DNA of 64,000 nt. Source: Oopsacas minuta (lineage: Eukaryota > Animalia > Porifera). A program made the translations under genes and the position numbers. The DNA is taken from assembly GCA_024704765.1 (NCBI GenBank), contig JAKMXF010000332.1, forward strand, positions 8,259 through 72,258, written 5' to 3'. Of the stretch, positions 1 to 11,311 are shown piece after piece. The notes beneath the pieces were generated by a model. The model worked only from the letters and a program-made list of their open reading frames with translations, made no database searches and was not told where the DNA came from. Within the stretch, counting starts at the first letter, position 1. Each line of letters opens with the position of its first letter.

Positions 1-677
1 TATTTCCTTCAGAATATCATACAATTCAGTTTCTTCGATTACAATTAAATTCTCATTCCCAGAGGGTTTAACCAGTTTTCCGTTATATATTCGGTAGTTA
101 GAAGCTCTTCTTCGAAAAACTCTCTTCTGATTTTTCGTATAGCCTGATGGATAACAATCAGTTGTAATGAAATTTGAAATCGATTCGTATTCAAAGAGTT
201 CCATAAAAAATAAATGCAAATAATCTCAGTAATTAACAGTAATATCATTAGTAAACAATGCCATATATACTGATACAAACAATGTAGAATATTACCTCAA
301 GAATTTATTACATTAGTATTATTTTCTAAGGTTTCATTTAATCGATCATGACAATACAATATACGGTAAGGGACAATATTTATAGAGGAGACAATTTTGA
401 CGAGTAGTATGGATATTTTTACAAAATCCGTCCTCCAGGACAATTTATGTAGGGGACTATTTTTGTCAAAACAAGACAAATAATATTCGTACACAATCAG
501 GTCCCTACAACCGTACTTCAATGGATGTTACTTCGGTTAATGAACTCCGGAAATGCGAATAAATTTTAACCGTACGGTCCGTTGGTGTTCGTATTAAGCT
601 TACACTGTATATGGGAAGACTAATATTCACTTCCTCTCTATAATCTGAATTATTGTACAATTTAAATAATAATAATA

Positions 678-850
678 AAAAATTAGTGCACACCCCAGGG
701 CTGATTTTTGCCATACAGGGATGAGTATTTGGGCCTGACTCGGACAGGTTTGAGTCTTGGACGAAAATTCACACCTGACGATATTATGATGCCTTAGCCA
801 CCTTTTTGGATTTTCGAAAATACACATGAGTTAAATAATTAGCTTGTTTC
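678..850 (+). repeat. Dispersed repeat (CCCCAGGGCTGATTTT...GGATTTTCGAAAA family); related copies at ~27700-27830 (-) and ~27935-28075 (+)
   Basis: Direct visual alignment of three diverged copies. Confidence 0.65.
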
Positions 851-964
851 GAAGATGCTCATCTGGGAATATAAGTATTAAATAAAGTTGTGCTAAAATA
901 AAAATAATTTCCGAGGAGGGAGATTAAATAGGGCGGGGATAATAAACAAGTATATTATTTCATA

Positions 965-1390
965 GGGCCTAATTGGACTTTTGTTGGGTATGCAACCTGG
1001 ATACACGAAATATTGTTGCTTCCTCTGTGAGTGGGATAGTAGAGCAAGGCAATCCCACCATATAGTTAAGGAGCGGCCTCTGGGACATGAATTAACTGCT
1101 GGTATAAAGAGTGTAAGTTGTCAGTCCTTAGTAAATCCTGAGAAATTCTATTACCACCTCTACACATAAAACTGGGTTTAATGAAAAACTTTGTAAAGGC
1201 GATAGTAAAACACATTAAATTAGGAGAAGGTTCCAAGTACCTCAAGGACAAATTTCCAAAGGTCAGCGATGCTAAAATCAAGGAAAGGCTATTTATAGGT
1301 CCCCAAATTAGAGAACTATTTAAGAATATAAACTTCGAAGCATGTCTAAATTCTGTCAAGAAAGCAGCGAGAACTCATTCAAATATTTAA
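965..1390 (+). pseudogene. Frameshifted fragment of a Chapaev-type (Transib-related) DDE transposase
   Basis: Joined ORFs read LLGMQPGYTKYCCFLCEWDSRAR...LVNPEK(ILLPPLH)IKLGLMKNFVKAI...FPKVSDAKIKERLFIGPQIREL. The CxxC and PLH motifs are ones I recall from Chapaev3 transposases. No termini seen. Confidence 0.6.
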
Positions 1391-1557
1391 ATAAGAATAG
1401 GCAAACTAAAAGAGATATATTTATAGGAATTTTTACGAATCTTTTTACTTTTTACTACTTCGATAATTATTTATTTATTTCCCTCTTTCTCTATCGTATT
1501 CTGTATACTGAATATTGACAAAATTGGCTATTTTGCTTATTGAACATTCAATTAGAA

Positions 1558-2179
1558 ATGGCAAGTAGTCATCTTCAACCTCTTACAACAACATCCTCAG
1601 ATGAATTGTCATGGAATAAACAACTAATGGATTGTGCAGCAAAAGGGGAAATTTCACTATTTCAGGACCAACTAGCAACTTTGCTAAAGAATACCGTCCC
1701 AGAGGAAATATTCCAACCTGAGGGAAATAAGGGGTCCCCGTTAGTTCGAGCTGCTCAGAATGGTCAAAATATGATCGTAACCTATATCCTGAAGAATTTT
1801 ATAGAAGTTTTGGATCTTGAATATACAATGACCGTTAAATCTAATCACGCAGTACTTGAGATTAGAGGGGTAACAGCCTTATGGTGTGCTGCATTAGGTA
1901 TAAACTTCAAATATTAGTTATTTACCTTTGTTTACTTCTGTTTTCTTATAGGTGGACATATCGATATTGTCAGAGAACTTGTAGAAGCCGGGGCTAATAT
2001 AAATCACACAAACGCAACAAATTCTACTCCACTTAGCGCCGCGTCATATAATAATAGAGTGGAAGTCATAAAGTGTCTGTTGAATAAGGGAGCTGATATT
2101 AGTATAGCTAATCAAGGGGGACTGGCTCCAGTTATGGTAGCTGTAATGAGAGACAATGAAGATGCTATTAGATTACTCG
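1558..2179 (+). CDS. FEM1: FEM-1 family ankyrin-repeat protein, 5' part only (exons 1558-1897 and 1952-2179)
   Basis: Spliced product GVTALWCAALG/GHIDIVRELVEAGANINHTNATNSTPLSAASYNNRVEVIKCLLNKGADISIAN matches FEM-1 N-terminal ankyrins. GT-AG intron at 1898-1951; next donor GTAAGT at 2180. The gene cannot be followed past the N join at 2285. Confidence 0.8.
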
Positions 2180-2389
2180 GTAAGTAATATGTAGATAATT
2201 TACAGTAGGAATATTTATACGAATTCTATACTTAGAGTTAACTCACGTTATATAGAACACGGAAATATCGAAATACCCGCTTATNCTAAATATAACTCCT
2301 GGTATATTAAAGTACAAATCAAGTGAAAAGCTAGATATTTAACAATGTAAAAATACTATGGTAGCATTAGATCTCGAGAGATAGGGAGG

Positions 2390-2411
2390 GCATCAATTTC
2401 TTAACACCCTG
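2390..2411 (-). repeat. Orphan Tc1/mariner TIR (CAGGGTGTTAAGAAATTGATGC); identical TIR at 9334-9355 (+)
   Basis: 22-nt exact match between the two sites, each abutting TA. They face outward, so they belong to separate copies, each cut by a nearby N join. Confidence 0.6.
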
Positions 2412-2793
2412 TATACGATTGTCAGAGAGGCTGAGTACTGATGGTCCACAGAGAGAGTATTAAGCCTCTAAGGTCTTTGATTTCGGTCTTAGTGAAGATG
2501 TCGTTCTATTTGAGAATACGATAGAGTGCAATATTAATTTTAGTGAAGTTTCATCCAGTGGACTTATTAACTAAAATTCTTAAGTGAAATTCTTAGAATA
2601 AGAATCAATTCTTAGAATAATTCTTAAGAAAAATGTTTAGTGAGGTAAAGAGGACCCTTAACTTTTAAATTATCCTACTTTTCTTTGAAATTATAATCAT
2701 TATGCATTTATTTGCAAAGAAGAATGTTTATCGCTTAAGACAATATGTTTGATTATCATATTCACAAGTTGTAATACCCGCAGCATAGAGCTA

Positions 2794-4702
2794 CATTAAA
2801 AACCGGATATTTTTAACCCGGATATTTTAACAATTGGATATTTTTAACAAATTTTCGTGTAAAGAATAAATTATTCTGTTTTACTAGAGTTTCCATCGGA
2901 TATTTTTAACACCGGATATTTTACAATCGTATAATTTTAACAAATTTATGTGCAAAGAATCCATTATTACTTCGGATATTTTTACTTTATTGTCAGTTTA
3001 CTTGGTGAATATTCCTTTCTTAGCCATGTCCTCCCAGAAGCGCTTGTCTTTAGCTCAAAAGTGTGCCATTATTGCTGCAAACAATGCATCTATTGGCGCC
3101 TATAAGAGATCTATCACTGCGCTGTCCAAGGTTTATGATGTTTCGAAACCGGCCGTGAGCTATATCCTGAAGAACCAGGAAAAATTCAAGGGTGCATTGG
3201 AGGCTGGGATGCCCGCCCAAAAGGTTCAACACTCGTGCTCCATTGAAGTACAGCTTGATTGATGGCCACCTCATGGACTGGTTTACAGCCCTGCGGGCTG
3301 CAAACAAAGAGATCAACGGCCAGATCATGCTACAAGCAGCCAGAGAGAGATTGTCAAAAGGCTTGGAGCTGGTGATCCTGAGGATATGAACGAGTCCTGG
3401 ATGCAGAGATGGCGCAAGAGGCATGGGGTCAACTACAAAACCCTCCATGGTGAGGCTGCAGAATGTCCGGACTTTGAAGACTGGTTGGTGGCCATCAGGC
3501 CCATCCTGAGCAGGTATGCCCAAAGGGACATCTATAACGCTGATGAGACAGCCTTGTTTTGGAGGATGTCTGAGGGAAAGTCTTTTGGGGCTGCCAACGA
3601 AGCTAGGGTGGCTGGCCGGAAGACGAGCAAGTGGAGGGTTACGCTACTTATTGGACGCTCTATGACTGGCGAGAAACTTCCACTTTTGTGCATCGGTTCT
3701 GCCAAGAGCCTCGCTGGCCTGTGGTGTTAGGCAAGAAAGCTGATGCCCATATAGCCTACGCCAGTTAAGCAAAGGGTTGGATGAATACTGCATTGTTCAA
3801 CAAGTGGTTACAGGAATTCAATGATAAACCACAAGGCAAGGCAGGTTGTGTATGTTGCTCGTAGACAACTGTCCTGCACATCTGGACTTGTGCGAGAAGT
3901 ATGATGGAGTGAAGGCAAATCTCAGGTTAGTCATGTTGCCAAAGAATAAACTGCAAAGCTTCAGCCCTGTGATCAGGGAGTCATCTAGTCCCTGAAAGCG
4001 CACTACCGAGGCAAGCCTGCCAGACTCATCCTCACCAAGGAAGCAAATCTGTCTCCCTCTACGAGGGGCTCTGTATAGTTCGTGTTACCTGGAGTCAAGT
4101 CACAGCAGAAGCGGTGGTGAACTGCTGGAAAAAGTCTCGCCTGAATGATGGAAATAGGATCAGCCTGATGTTGATGAGGCGGAAGTGGTAGATAAGGATC
4201 TGGATGATGTGAAACGAAGTAATGAGGATGGCTAACATAGAGGACATGCAACCAGTGGCTCATGAGCCCGTTCCTGATCTCGAGGCATTCCTGTCTACCT
4301 TGGCGCTTCATACTGATGTTGTGATAGAAGACACTGTCGAACCTTCTGTTGGTGACGAGTCTGACATGGCTGAGGATGGGGATGAGAAAGCTCTTGCCTC
4401 GAATGCCGACAGCCTTAAGTTTCTGTCTCGGATCGAGAACAGGCTAATCTATACTACTGGTCAGAGCCCTGATTGCTTGGTGGAACTGTAATCCATTCTC
4501 ATGCACCAGCCGCAGCAACAGGCCAAGATAATCCAATTCTTCCCTTTGCAGTGAAAGAGACGATGAGTAGATAGCTGTTCAAACCCTAATTTACTGAATA
4601 TTTATAGATACCGTTGAGTTATAGTTGTAGTAGTAGCTAAAATCGGATATTTTTAACAAATTTCCGTGCAAGGGTTGTGTTAAAAATATCCGGTTTATAC
4701 TG
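2794..4702 (+). mobile_element. pogo/Tigger-family DNA transposon with frameshifted CENP-B-type transposase
   Basis: TIRs CA(TTAA/GTAT)AAACCGGATATTTTTAAC flanked by TA on both sides, plus repeated GGATATTTTTAAC subterminal motifs. Fragments show an HTH (MSSQKRLSLAQK...VSKPAVSYILKNQEK), CENP-B HTH (WMQRWRKRHG) and DDE_1 motifs (IYNADETALFW, LLVDNCPAH, LQPCDQGVI). Confidence 0.9.
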
Positions 4703-4704
4703 TA

Positions 4705-4985
4705 TTTGATTCAAAAACATTTGTACTGTTCAGCATAAATATTCCCAAACTGCAAAATTTGTATCTCGTTCAATAATATTTGTATAGTTCAAAATGGAAA
4801 TTCCTATGTAGCGAACTTTGCAATTGCTTCAAAAATATTGGTACAGTTGGCATCATAATTCACATGTTCCGAAATTTGTTTTTGATTCAAAAACATTTCT
4901 ACATTTGAGAACCAAAATCCAATGTTGCGAAATTTGCAATTAATTCAAAAATATTTGTACAGTTCAGAATCAAAATTCCGAAAGT
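4705..4985. repeat. Degenerate ~59-bp tandem repeat, about 5 units
   Basis: The TCAAAAA(C/T)ATT(T/G)(G/C)TAC-like core recurs at ~4711, 4770, 4829, 4887 and 4945. Confidence 0.6.
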
Positions 4986-5110
4986 AAATCCCCTTGCACT
5001 TTCTGACAAAATTCTTGTTTCTGAAGCCATCACTCTTGATTTCTGGTGGGACAATTTCGTCTGGAGGTATCCACGGATTGCTTCATACTCTGTCGCATTC
5101 ATTATGAAGA
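4985..5110 (-). pseudogene. Possible N-terminal fragment of a Ginger/Gypsy-integrase-like transposase
   Basis: With one frameshift it reads MNATEYEAIRGYLQTK-IVPPEIKSDGFRNKNFVRKCKG. A candidate TGTTGCG terminus lies at ~6588-6594, beyond the intervening maT insertion. Confidence 0.3.
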
Positions 5111-5148
5111 ATGTCAAAAGTAAATATAATTGTTAATGTTGAAATCTG

Positions 5149-6463
5149 CAGGGTGCGACAAAAGTTCTGTCCCAAACCTAATTTTAAAGAGCTCATATAC
5201 CCATTAACAGATCCAGCCAATTCTTGCTGGATCATTTATTACTTACGTTGAATTTAAAATAAGATATTATTGTTCAATATAGCCACCTTTCTTACTGACC
5301 ACAGCTTGGAGTCTAGTCCTAAATTGGTATACGACGCGTTGGAAGTGATCCTGAGGTATTTTCAGCCATTCTCGCTGCAAGCAAGCCTTGAGAGAGCTAA
5401 TACTTTCGTGAGAACTTGCGCATACCTTCTGCTCCAAGATGGACCAAACAAAATAGTCCATAGGATTCAAGTCCGGACTGGAGGGTGGCCATTTCTATTT
5501 AGAAATGAAGTCTATTTTTTAATCTCGGGACCACTGTTGGGTAGCGTTAGCTGTATGAGCTGGAGCTCCATCCTGCTGGAAGGTCCAACTCGTATTTCCA
5601 AAGTTCTTAGAACCGAAACCCTTTACTTCAGCATCTAGAATGAGTTCACGATAGGTTTTGGAATTGATTTTCACACCAGACTGAACAAAAATAAGATTAG
5701 TCCGGGAGTTTGCGGAGATTCCCCCCCCCATACCATGACCGAAGCCGGCTTTTGCCTTCTGGTTATGAATCGAAGTCGTTCTGGGATGTCTTGAACCTGC
5801 TTGAGATGATACGATCATTCTGAGGGTTGAAAACCTCTACTTAGCACTTGTTAAAGAGTAGCCTCTTGTTATAAAACAAGTGCTGACTAACCGGCCGTGC
5901 GCTATTGTCTGTAGCTGAAGAAACGTCGGGCTTTTCTTTAATGGCCTTTGTAAGCATGTGAACTTTCCTGCGCTTGAGAGACTTTAACCCTAGGTCATCG
6001 TGCACTACACGTCCAATAGATCTAGAGCTTATTCCAAAGTTACGAGACATTTTCCGCATGGAACGGCGAGAATTTCGGACGATTCTTTTCCTTATCTTCC
6101 CATTTAGTTCTCGTGTCCTTACATTACGCGGGCGGTCACTCCGAGCTCTGTCTATCAAGCTTCCAGTCTCCTTGTATCTCTGGATAGTACGTTATATCCC
6201 ACTTTCTACCCACGGTCTTGCTCTGAAGAATTTTCAAAATCTCGCATTGGGACTTCTTCTCTGCCCGAAATAATTCTAAAATTTGTGACCTTTTGGCTTG
6301 CATGTCTCTAAATAGAAATATTTGTTAGTAATAGAGAGAATGCTTTAGTACTTCAGTAAACATACATCAATTTAGTTTATAGGCCTATAAGGTTTCAATT
6401 ATTCCACTATAGCTATGTATAATTGATTGTCAAACCATGGGACAGAACTTTTGCCGCATCCTG
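5149..6463 (-). mobile_element. Degenerate DD37D (maT) Tc1/mariner element
   Basis: 26-bp TIRs CAGG(G/A)TGCG(A/G)CAAAAGTTCTGTCCCA, with TA on the right. Fragmented transposase (DRARSDRPR, FQQDGAPAHTA, NPMDYFVWSILE) homologous to the intact copy at 58388-59700. Confidence 0.9.
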
Positions 6464-6644
6464 TAGATACAAAAGTAAAATGTGTGTGCGCATTTAGGAA
6501 GTCACACATATGTTAATACGAATACTAAGTGGCTGGGGACGAAATGTTGATATTACTTGCAATTGCTACTTGCGTGTCAAAATCCAACGCAACAGATCTC
6601 TATATAGCGTATAATTGTATATGTATAAATATTCTCCGTATATA

Positions 6645-6991
6645 TTGCCTTCAAGGAAAAGATTGCTTCAATAGGTCTTGAGGAATTGGAACATCCACCC
6701 TATAACCCTGACCTAGCACCTTGCGACTTTTGGCTGTTCGATGGGCTCAAAAAGCACCTAGCAGGTACAGTTTTTGGAGAACGGATGCAAATTGGAGGGG
6801 CCATCCAACGGTACCTCAGAGACATACCACAAGAAGAGTATAAGAAAACATTTTTCAAGTGATTGAGCGTTTGAAGCTTGTAGTTGAGCACAAGGGAGAC
6901 TACTTTGAGCATTTATAGTAGTATTTGAGGCTTATCTCACTTATATAATACAAATATTCTAAGAGTTACGAATTAAATGAATACCCTTTGT
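6645..6991 (+). pseudogene. C-terminal fragment and 3' end of a mariner (DD34D) transposase
   Basis: Reads LEELEHPPYNPDLAPCDFWLFDGLKKHLAG...GDYFEHL*, followed by a TIR-like end AATGAATACCCTTTG-TA. Confidence 0.8.
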
Positions 6992-6995
6992 ATAT

Positions 6996-7252
6996 AAGAA
7001 TTTAGAATTGTCACATTATCATGCAAAATTTTGATTCCTCTAAGACCCGTGGCTGGCCGACTTTCAATATAATGTTTTTCGATTTCCGGAAGAACAACTG
7101 TTGCATAAAAGTGCCCGGTAATTGTTTGCCCCTTAGGAGTACAGATTTGACAGACTGGACCATGTGCATCGAAAAATATGGTGTACATTACTTTGGTGGC
7201 CCAATGATCCGGTCTTGGTAGTGCTGGGGGAGAACTCCCTTTTACAATCCAT
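6996..7252 (-). pseudogene. Central fragment of a mariner transposase in the opposite orientation
   Basis: KVMYTIFFDAHGPV...TITGHFYATVVLPEI...IKILHDN is the second catalytic Asp region. It runs into the N at 7253. Confidence 0.75.
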
Positions 7253-7253
7253 N

Positions 7254-7421
7254 CGCAAATAGAACTATTTTTGATTGATTCTTTAAATTCATATTGTGAG
7301 AGCTATATGTATTCGATCGAATTGAAATTTGAAATTAACATTATTCAAACAAACAAGAACGAGTTTAAACCATTAAAAATGAATCTATTTTTTGTCTATT
7401 CTTTGCATTCAAACCACTGTG
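7254..7421 (-). mobile_element. Second copy of the 5' end of the RAG1-like Transib element
   Basis: Near-identical to 16539-16707 (one substitution and one 1-nt indel seen). Ends in CACTGTG at 7415-7421 with the same 10-nt spacer and CTATTCTTT motif. Confidence 0.9.
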
Positions 7422-7585
7422 AGGTGTGGGGAACACGACCACACAACACGTCAAAATGTTGTAGGGATAATAGCGAAAATAGATTACTAAATTCTTCCAT
7501 AGACAAAATTGTTACCAGCTCGTTTGCACGGGCCAAATTAAGAGATAATAAACTAGAGTGGATTCAAACAGATTATAACTATTAG
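7422..7585 (+). pseudogene. C-terminal coding end of a paralogous RAG1-like Transib transposase
   Basis: The first ~90 nt align with the reverse complement of ~13863-13957. Translation CCRDNSENRLLNSSIDKIV compares with CCRDNTENRLLDSSIDEIV in the intact ORF. Confidence 0.8.
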
Positions 7586-7765
7586 AGGCAATTTTCATCA
7601 TATAAGTAATTAAAACTAAATAAATTGGATCAGGGTGATGTTTAGAATTGAAATTAAAAATATTTTGACCATGTAGCCAATTAAAAGACCGACATAACTA
7701 GAATATAAATTTCTTACTTTTAGTACACTTGAGAATGAAAGCCATACATAATACTTTACAATAAA

Positions 7766-9067
7766 CCGAGTGTTCAATAAGTTCGCGGGAAAATATATCT
7801 CCACTACAGTGAACTAACAGGTTACTATAATAAATGTTCAAAATACTCCCCATTAGGATCAATACACCTTTGACAGCGATGTAACCACATGTCAAATAGC
7901 TTAGAATAGCTACTTACTGGTATACACTCAACTGCCTCTAAAAGCGCAGCGATTAGCCCGGATTCTGATTCAAAACGTCTGCCTTTAGTTGTCTTTTAGA
8001 GTCGGGAAAGGCCAAAGGTCACAAGGGGCAAGATCTGGGCTGTAAGGTGGATGTTCAATCATTTCTATGCCTGATTACCTAAGAAACTCTTTAGTCCTTC
8101 TAGCTGTATGTGGTGGAGCATTATCAAGATGAAATTTCATCCCACGGATCCCAGACTTTGGTCTCAACATCTCCACTGCTTGGAACACTCTAGGAAGGCA
8201 ACATTCGGTGTACCAAGCTGCAGTAACTGTGTGCTTCGCTGGAAGCATCACAACTCAAGAAGTCCTCTTGTGGTGAAGAAAATTGCGAACATTCGCTTGC
8301 CGACTGCAATGAATCGTTTGGGATTTGAGTCGGTATCTCATCTTCAAACATCCATTTAAAGCTATGTTGCTTGGTTTGCATGTCATAGAAGGAGACCCAA
8401 GTTTCATCACCCGTTATTACTTCTGAATGCCGCCGAGAAACTACTTTCGAGGACTTTAGTGACTTAGAGAGACAAAATTGGATTCGACGATATTTTTGCT
8501 CGAAAGATAGCAAATGTGGGACTAACTTGGAACAAACCCTTCTTAGACCAAGGTGTTGGTGTAGGATTGTTTCTAATGTTCCCGATTATCCTGATGCATC
8601 GTGAACTAACTAACGGATAGTAGTTTGTCTGTCCTCTCTTTCCAATTCCTCCACCTTGGCAATGTTTCCATTCGTTGTGCCATTATCGGGCGTCCGGTTC
8701 GAACATCATCATCCAAGCACATGTAACCCAAACGAAATCGGCTGTACCACTTGCAAAATTCTTGTTTTGGTTGGAGACTGTTCTCCAAAAACAGACTACA
8801 TCTCAGTGATGCACTCCATAGCATTTATTCCACGTTTATGGTTGTAAAACATTATGGCTTGAAAATCCCTATTATTCAAATTCTCCATTCAAAATTCAAA
8901 ATTTAAAAATGACTTGACTAAATTGAGTGTAACAGAAAAAGTAAACTACTTAGAGTGTTGAAATTTTATCTACTATTCAGTCGCTAGCTTACACTACTTA
9001 TGGAAAATTAACATTAACGCTACTCAAAGAACTTCATATAGATTCCGGCAACTAATTGAACACTCGG
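7766..9067 (-). mobile_element. Degenerate mariner (DD34D) element
   Basis: Imperfect TIRs CCGAGTGTTCAAT(A/T)AGTT at 7766 and 9067, ~1.3 kb apart. Fragments include LDDDVRTGRP and VITGDETWVSFYDMQTKQHSFKW. Confidence 0.85.
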
Positions 9068-9584
9068 TATATCTCCACTATGCAACAATAATAGAGAAAG
9101 AAGATCATCAATAATGTTGTATATCAGTGGCATCTTTCATAATCCTACAGGTTTGAAGATCATGGTTTGAGGAAGATAGAAATAAGGCAGTGGTAGTGTG
9201 ATGGTTAAGCATCTGGTCCTTGGAAGTTTTTCGCTCATAGATTGATGTAGAGAACATTTGTCGCTCTACAGATGTCCTTTTAGTTAATTTTGGCAATTTT
9301 ACCGGATAATTTGTCTCATTCTGGACCGTATTACAGGGTGTTAAGAAATTGATGCCCTCTAATACTAACTCAATGATTAGTCTATAAATAATCTCTAAAC
9401 ACATACATTTATTTCCTAATATATCCACCCTTTAGTTGTATACATTTACTTATCCGATCTGGCATACGGGCTATCAATTTGTCCAAAACTTCAGGTGAAA
9501 TATGTCTCCAAGCTGAAATTAGTTGTTTTTCGAGCGTTTTTAGATTTGTTGCCGGCTGAAAAGAATTGATGGCGGTTTGGATTN

Positions 9585-10052
<468 letters not shown>

Positions 10053-10466
10053 ATGACCATATAATTACATATCATGTAATCGGCCATGAGACCATCATGG
10101 TAGAGACTCTACACCTAGTTTATAATTATCTTCTGACCTAGTAGTAGTTGAAAGTATTTAGTATGAATTGAGTTATTGACATAAAGTATGAAAATGATTA
10201 ATCATATGATTAATCATATGATCATGGTGCAGTGCACATGGTATGTGTAAGTACACTTGTACATGCACATGTATACCTACTTGTAGTGTTTAATGAGTTG
10301 GATCTGTTTGACCAACCAATAACTCCATACGGTAACAGTTGTTTTTGGAAACACTTGACCAATAAATACAAATTATTCCATATTATAACTTCTAAGTTTG
10401 AGGTCCTACAAATAATAATATCTAAGATAAACTTATAGATATTACATTGGTATAATTGTATTCTAG

Positions 10467-11311
10467 GATAAACAGATAGAGATTAACTCAACATACACAG
10501 AATCAATTAGATTGGTAGAATTGATCAACCTATTCTTTGACCTTCTTAACGAAACACAACAGATTATAACAATACAGAGTTCTGGAGATACTCTTATATT
10601 AGTGGAGAATGCTATTGAGGAGGTATCACAGCTGGAAACACTCCTAATCACCGTTAACAACCTAGCAGAGACAGCTAGAGTGGTAATTTTATTATTTAAT
10701 ATATTAATAATTGCGAATTGTAGTTAAACAATGTAATAATTCCTTGTAAAGTAACATTAAGAATATGGCAAGAACGAATTACTGTATTCTTAATTAACCA
10801 ATTATAGGATTCGAGGTCTGCGAATCAAACAATAAACGTAATGGCAAGCAAAGTAGATAGACTAAAGCAAGACTTGACAGATATCGAGACACAGATTGTA
10901 GAAGTGGAAAGTGTTTCTGAAACTCTTAACCAGCATGAAGTAGAAGGAGAAGAAGAGTTAAACGAAACTGAGACTACTATTGATAGCGTTAACAGATACA
11001 TAGAATATTTCAGATCACGTGTAGAACTCTTGGAAGAAGAGTTCCAGATGCTTAACCAGTCTCTAATAGGGATTGGTATAGTAAGTGAAGAAGAAATAGA
11101 CTCAATCTTAAAAAAGCTAGGATTGCTTGAAGCAGAGGCTCTAACTAATTACGAGAGACTGGACTATACAGAGAGAGACTTGTTAGAAGAGAAGAGAGAG
11201 TTAGAGTACCTCGAGAGAGCTGTGTATGAGAGCTATCAGCAAATAGGAGAGTTTGATTCCCTGCTTGATGATCTCAAAGAATACAACGATCAACATTCCT
11301 GTAACCAATAA
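10467..11311 (+). CDS. 3' exons (10467-10682 and 10808-11311) of an acidic coiled-coil protein, possibly a laminin beta/gamma-like C-terminal coiled coil
   Basis: In-frame AG/GT-bounded exons, heptad-like L/I/E pattern, several N-glycosylation sequons (NST, NET, NQT, NQS) and a Cys near the C-terminus (QHSCNQ*). Upstream exons are uncertain. The coding call is stronger than the laminin identity. Confidence 0.55.

Noticed and set aside
45-278. 77-aa minus-strand ORF at the window edge
   Set aside because: Could be an exon, but no motif or splice support could be established.
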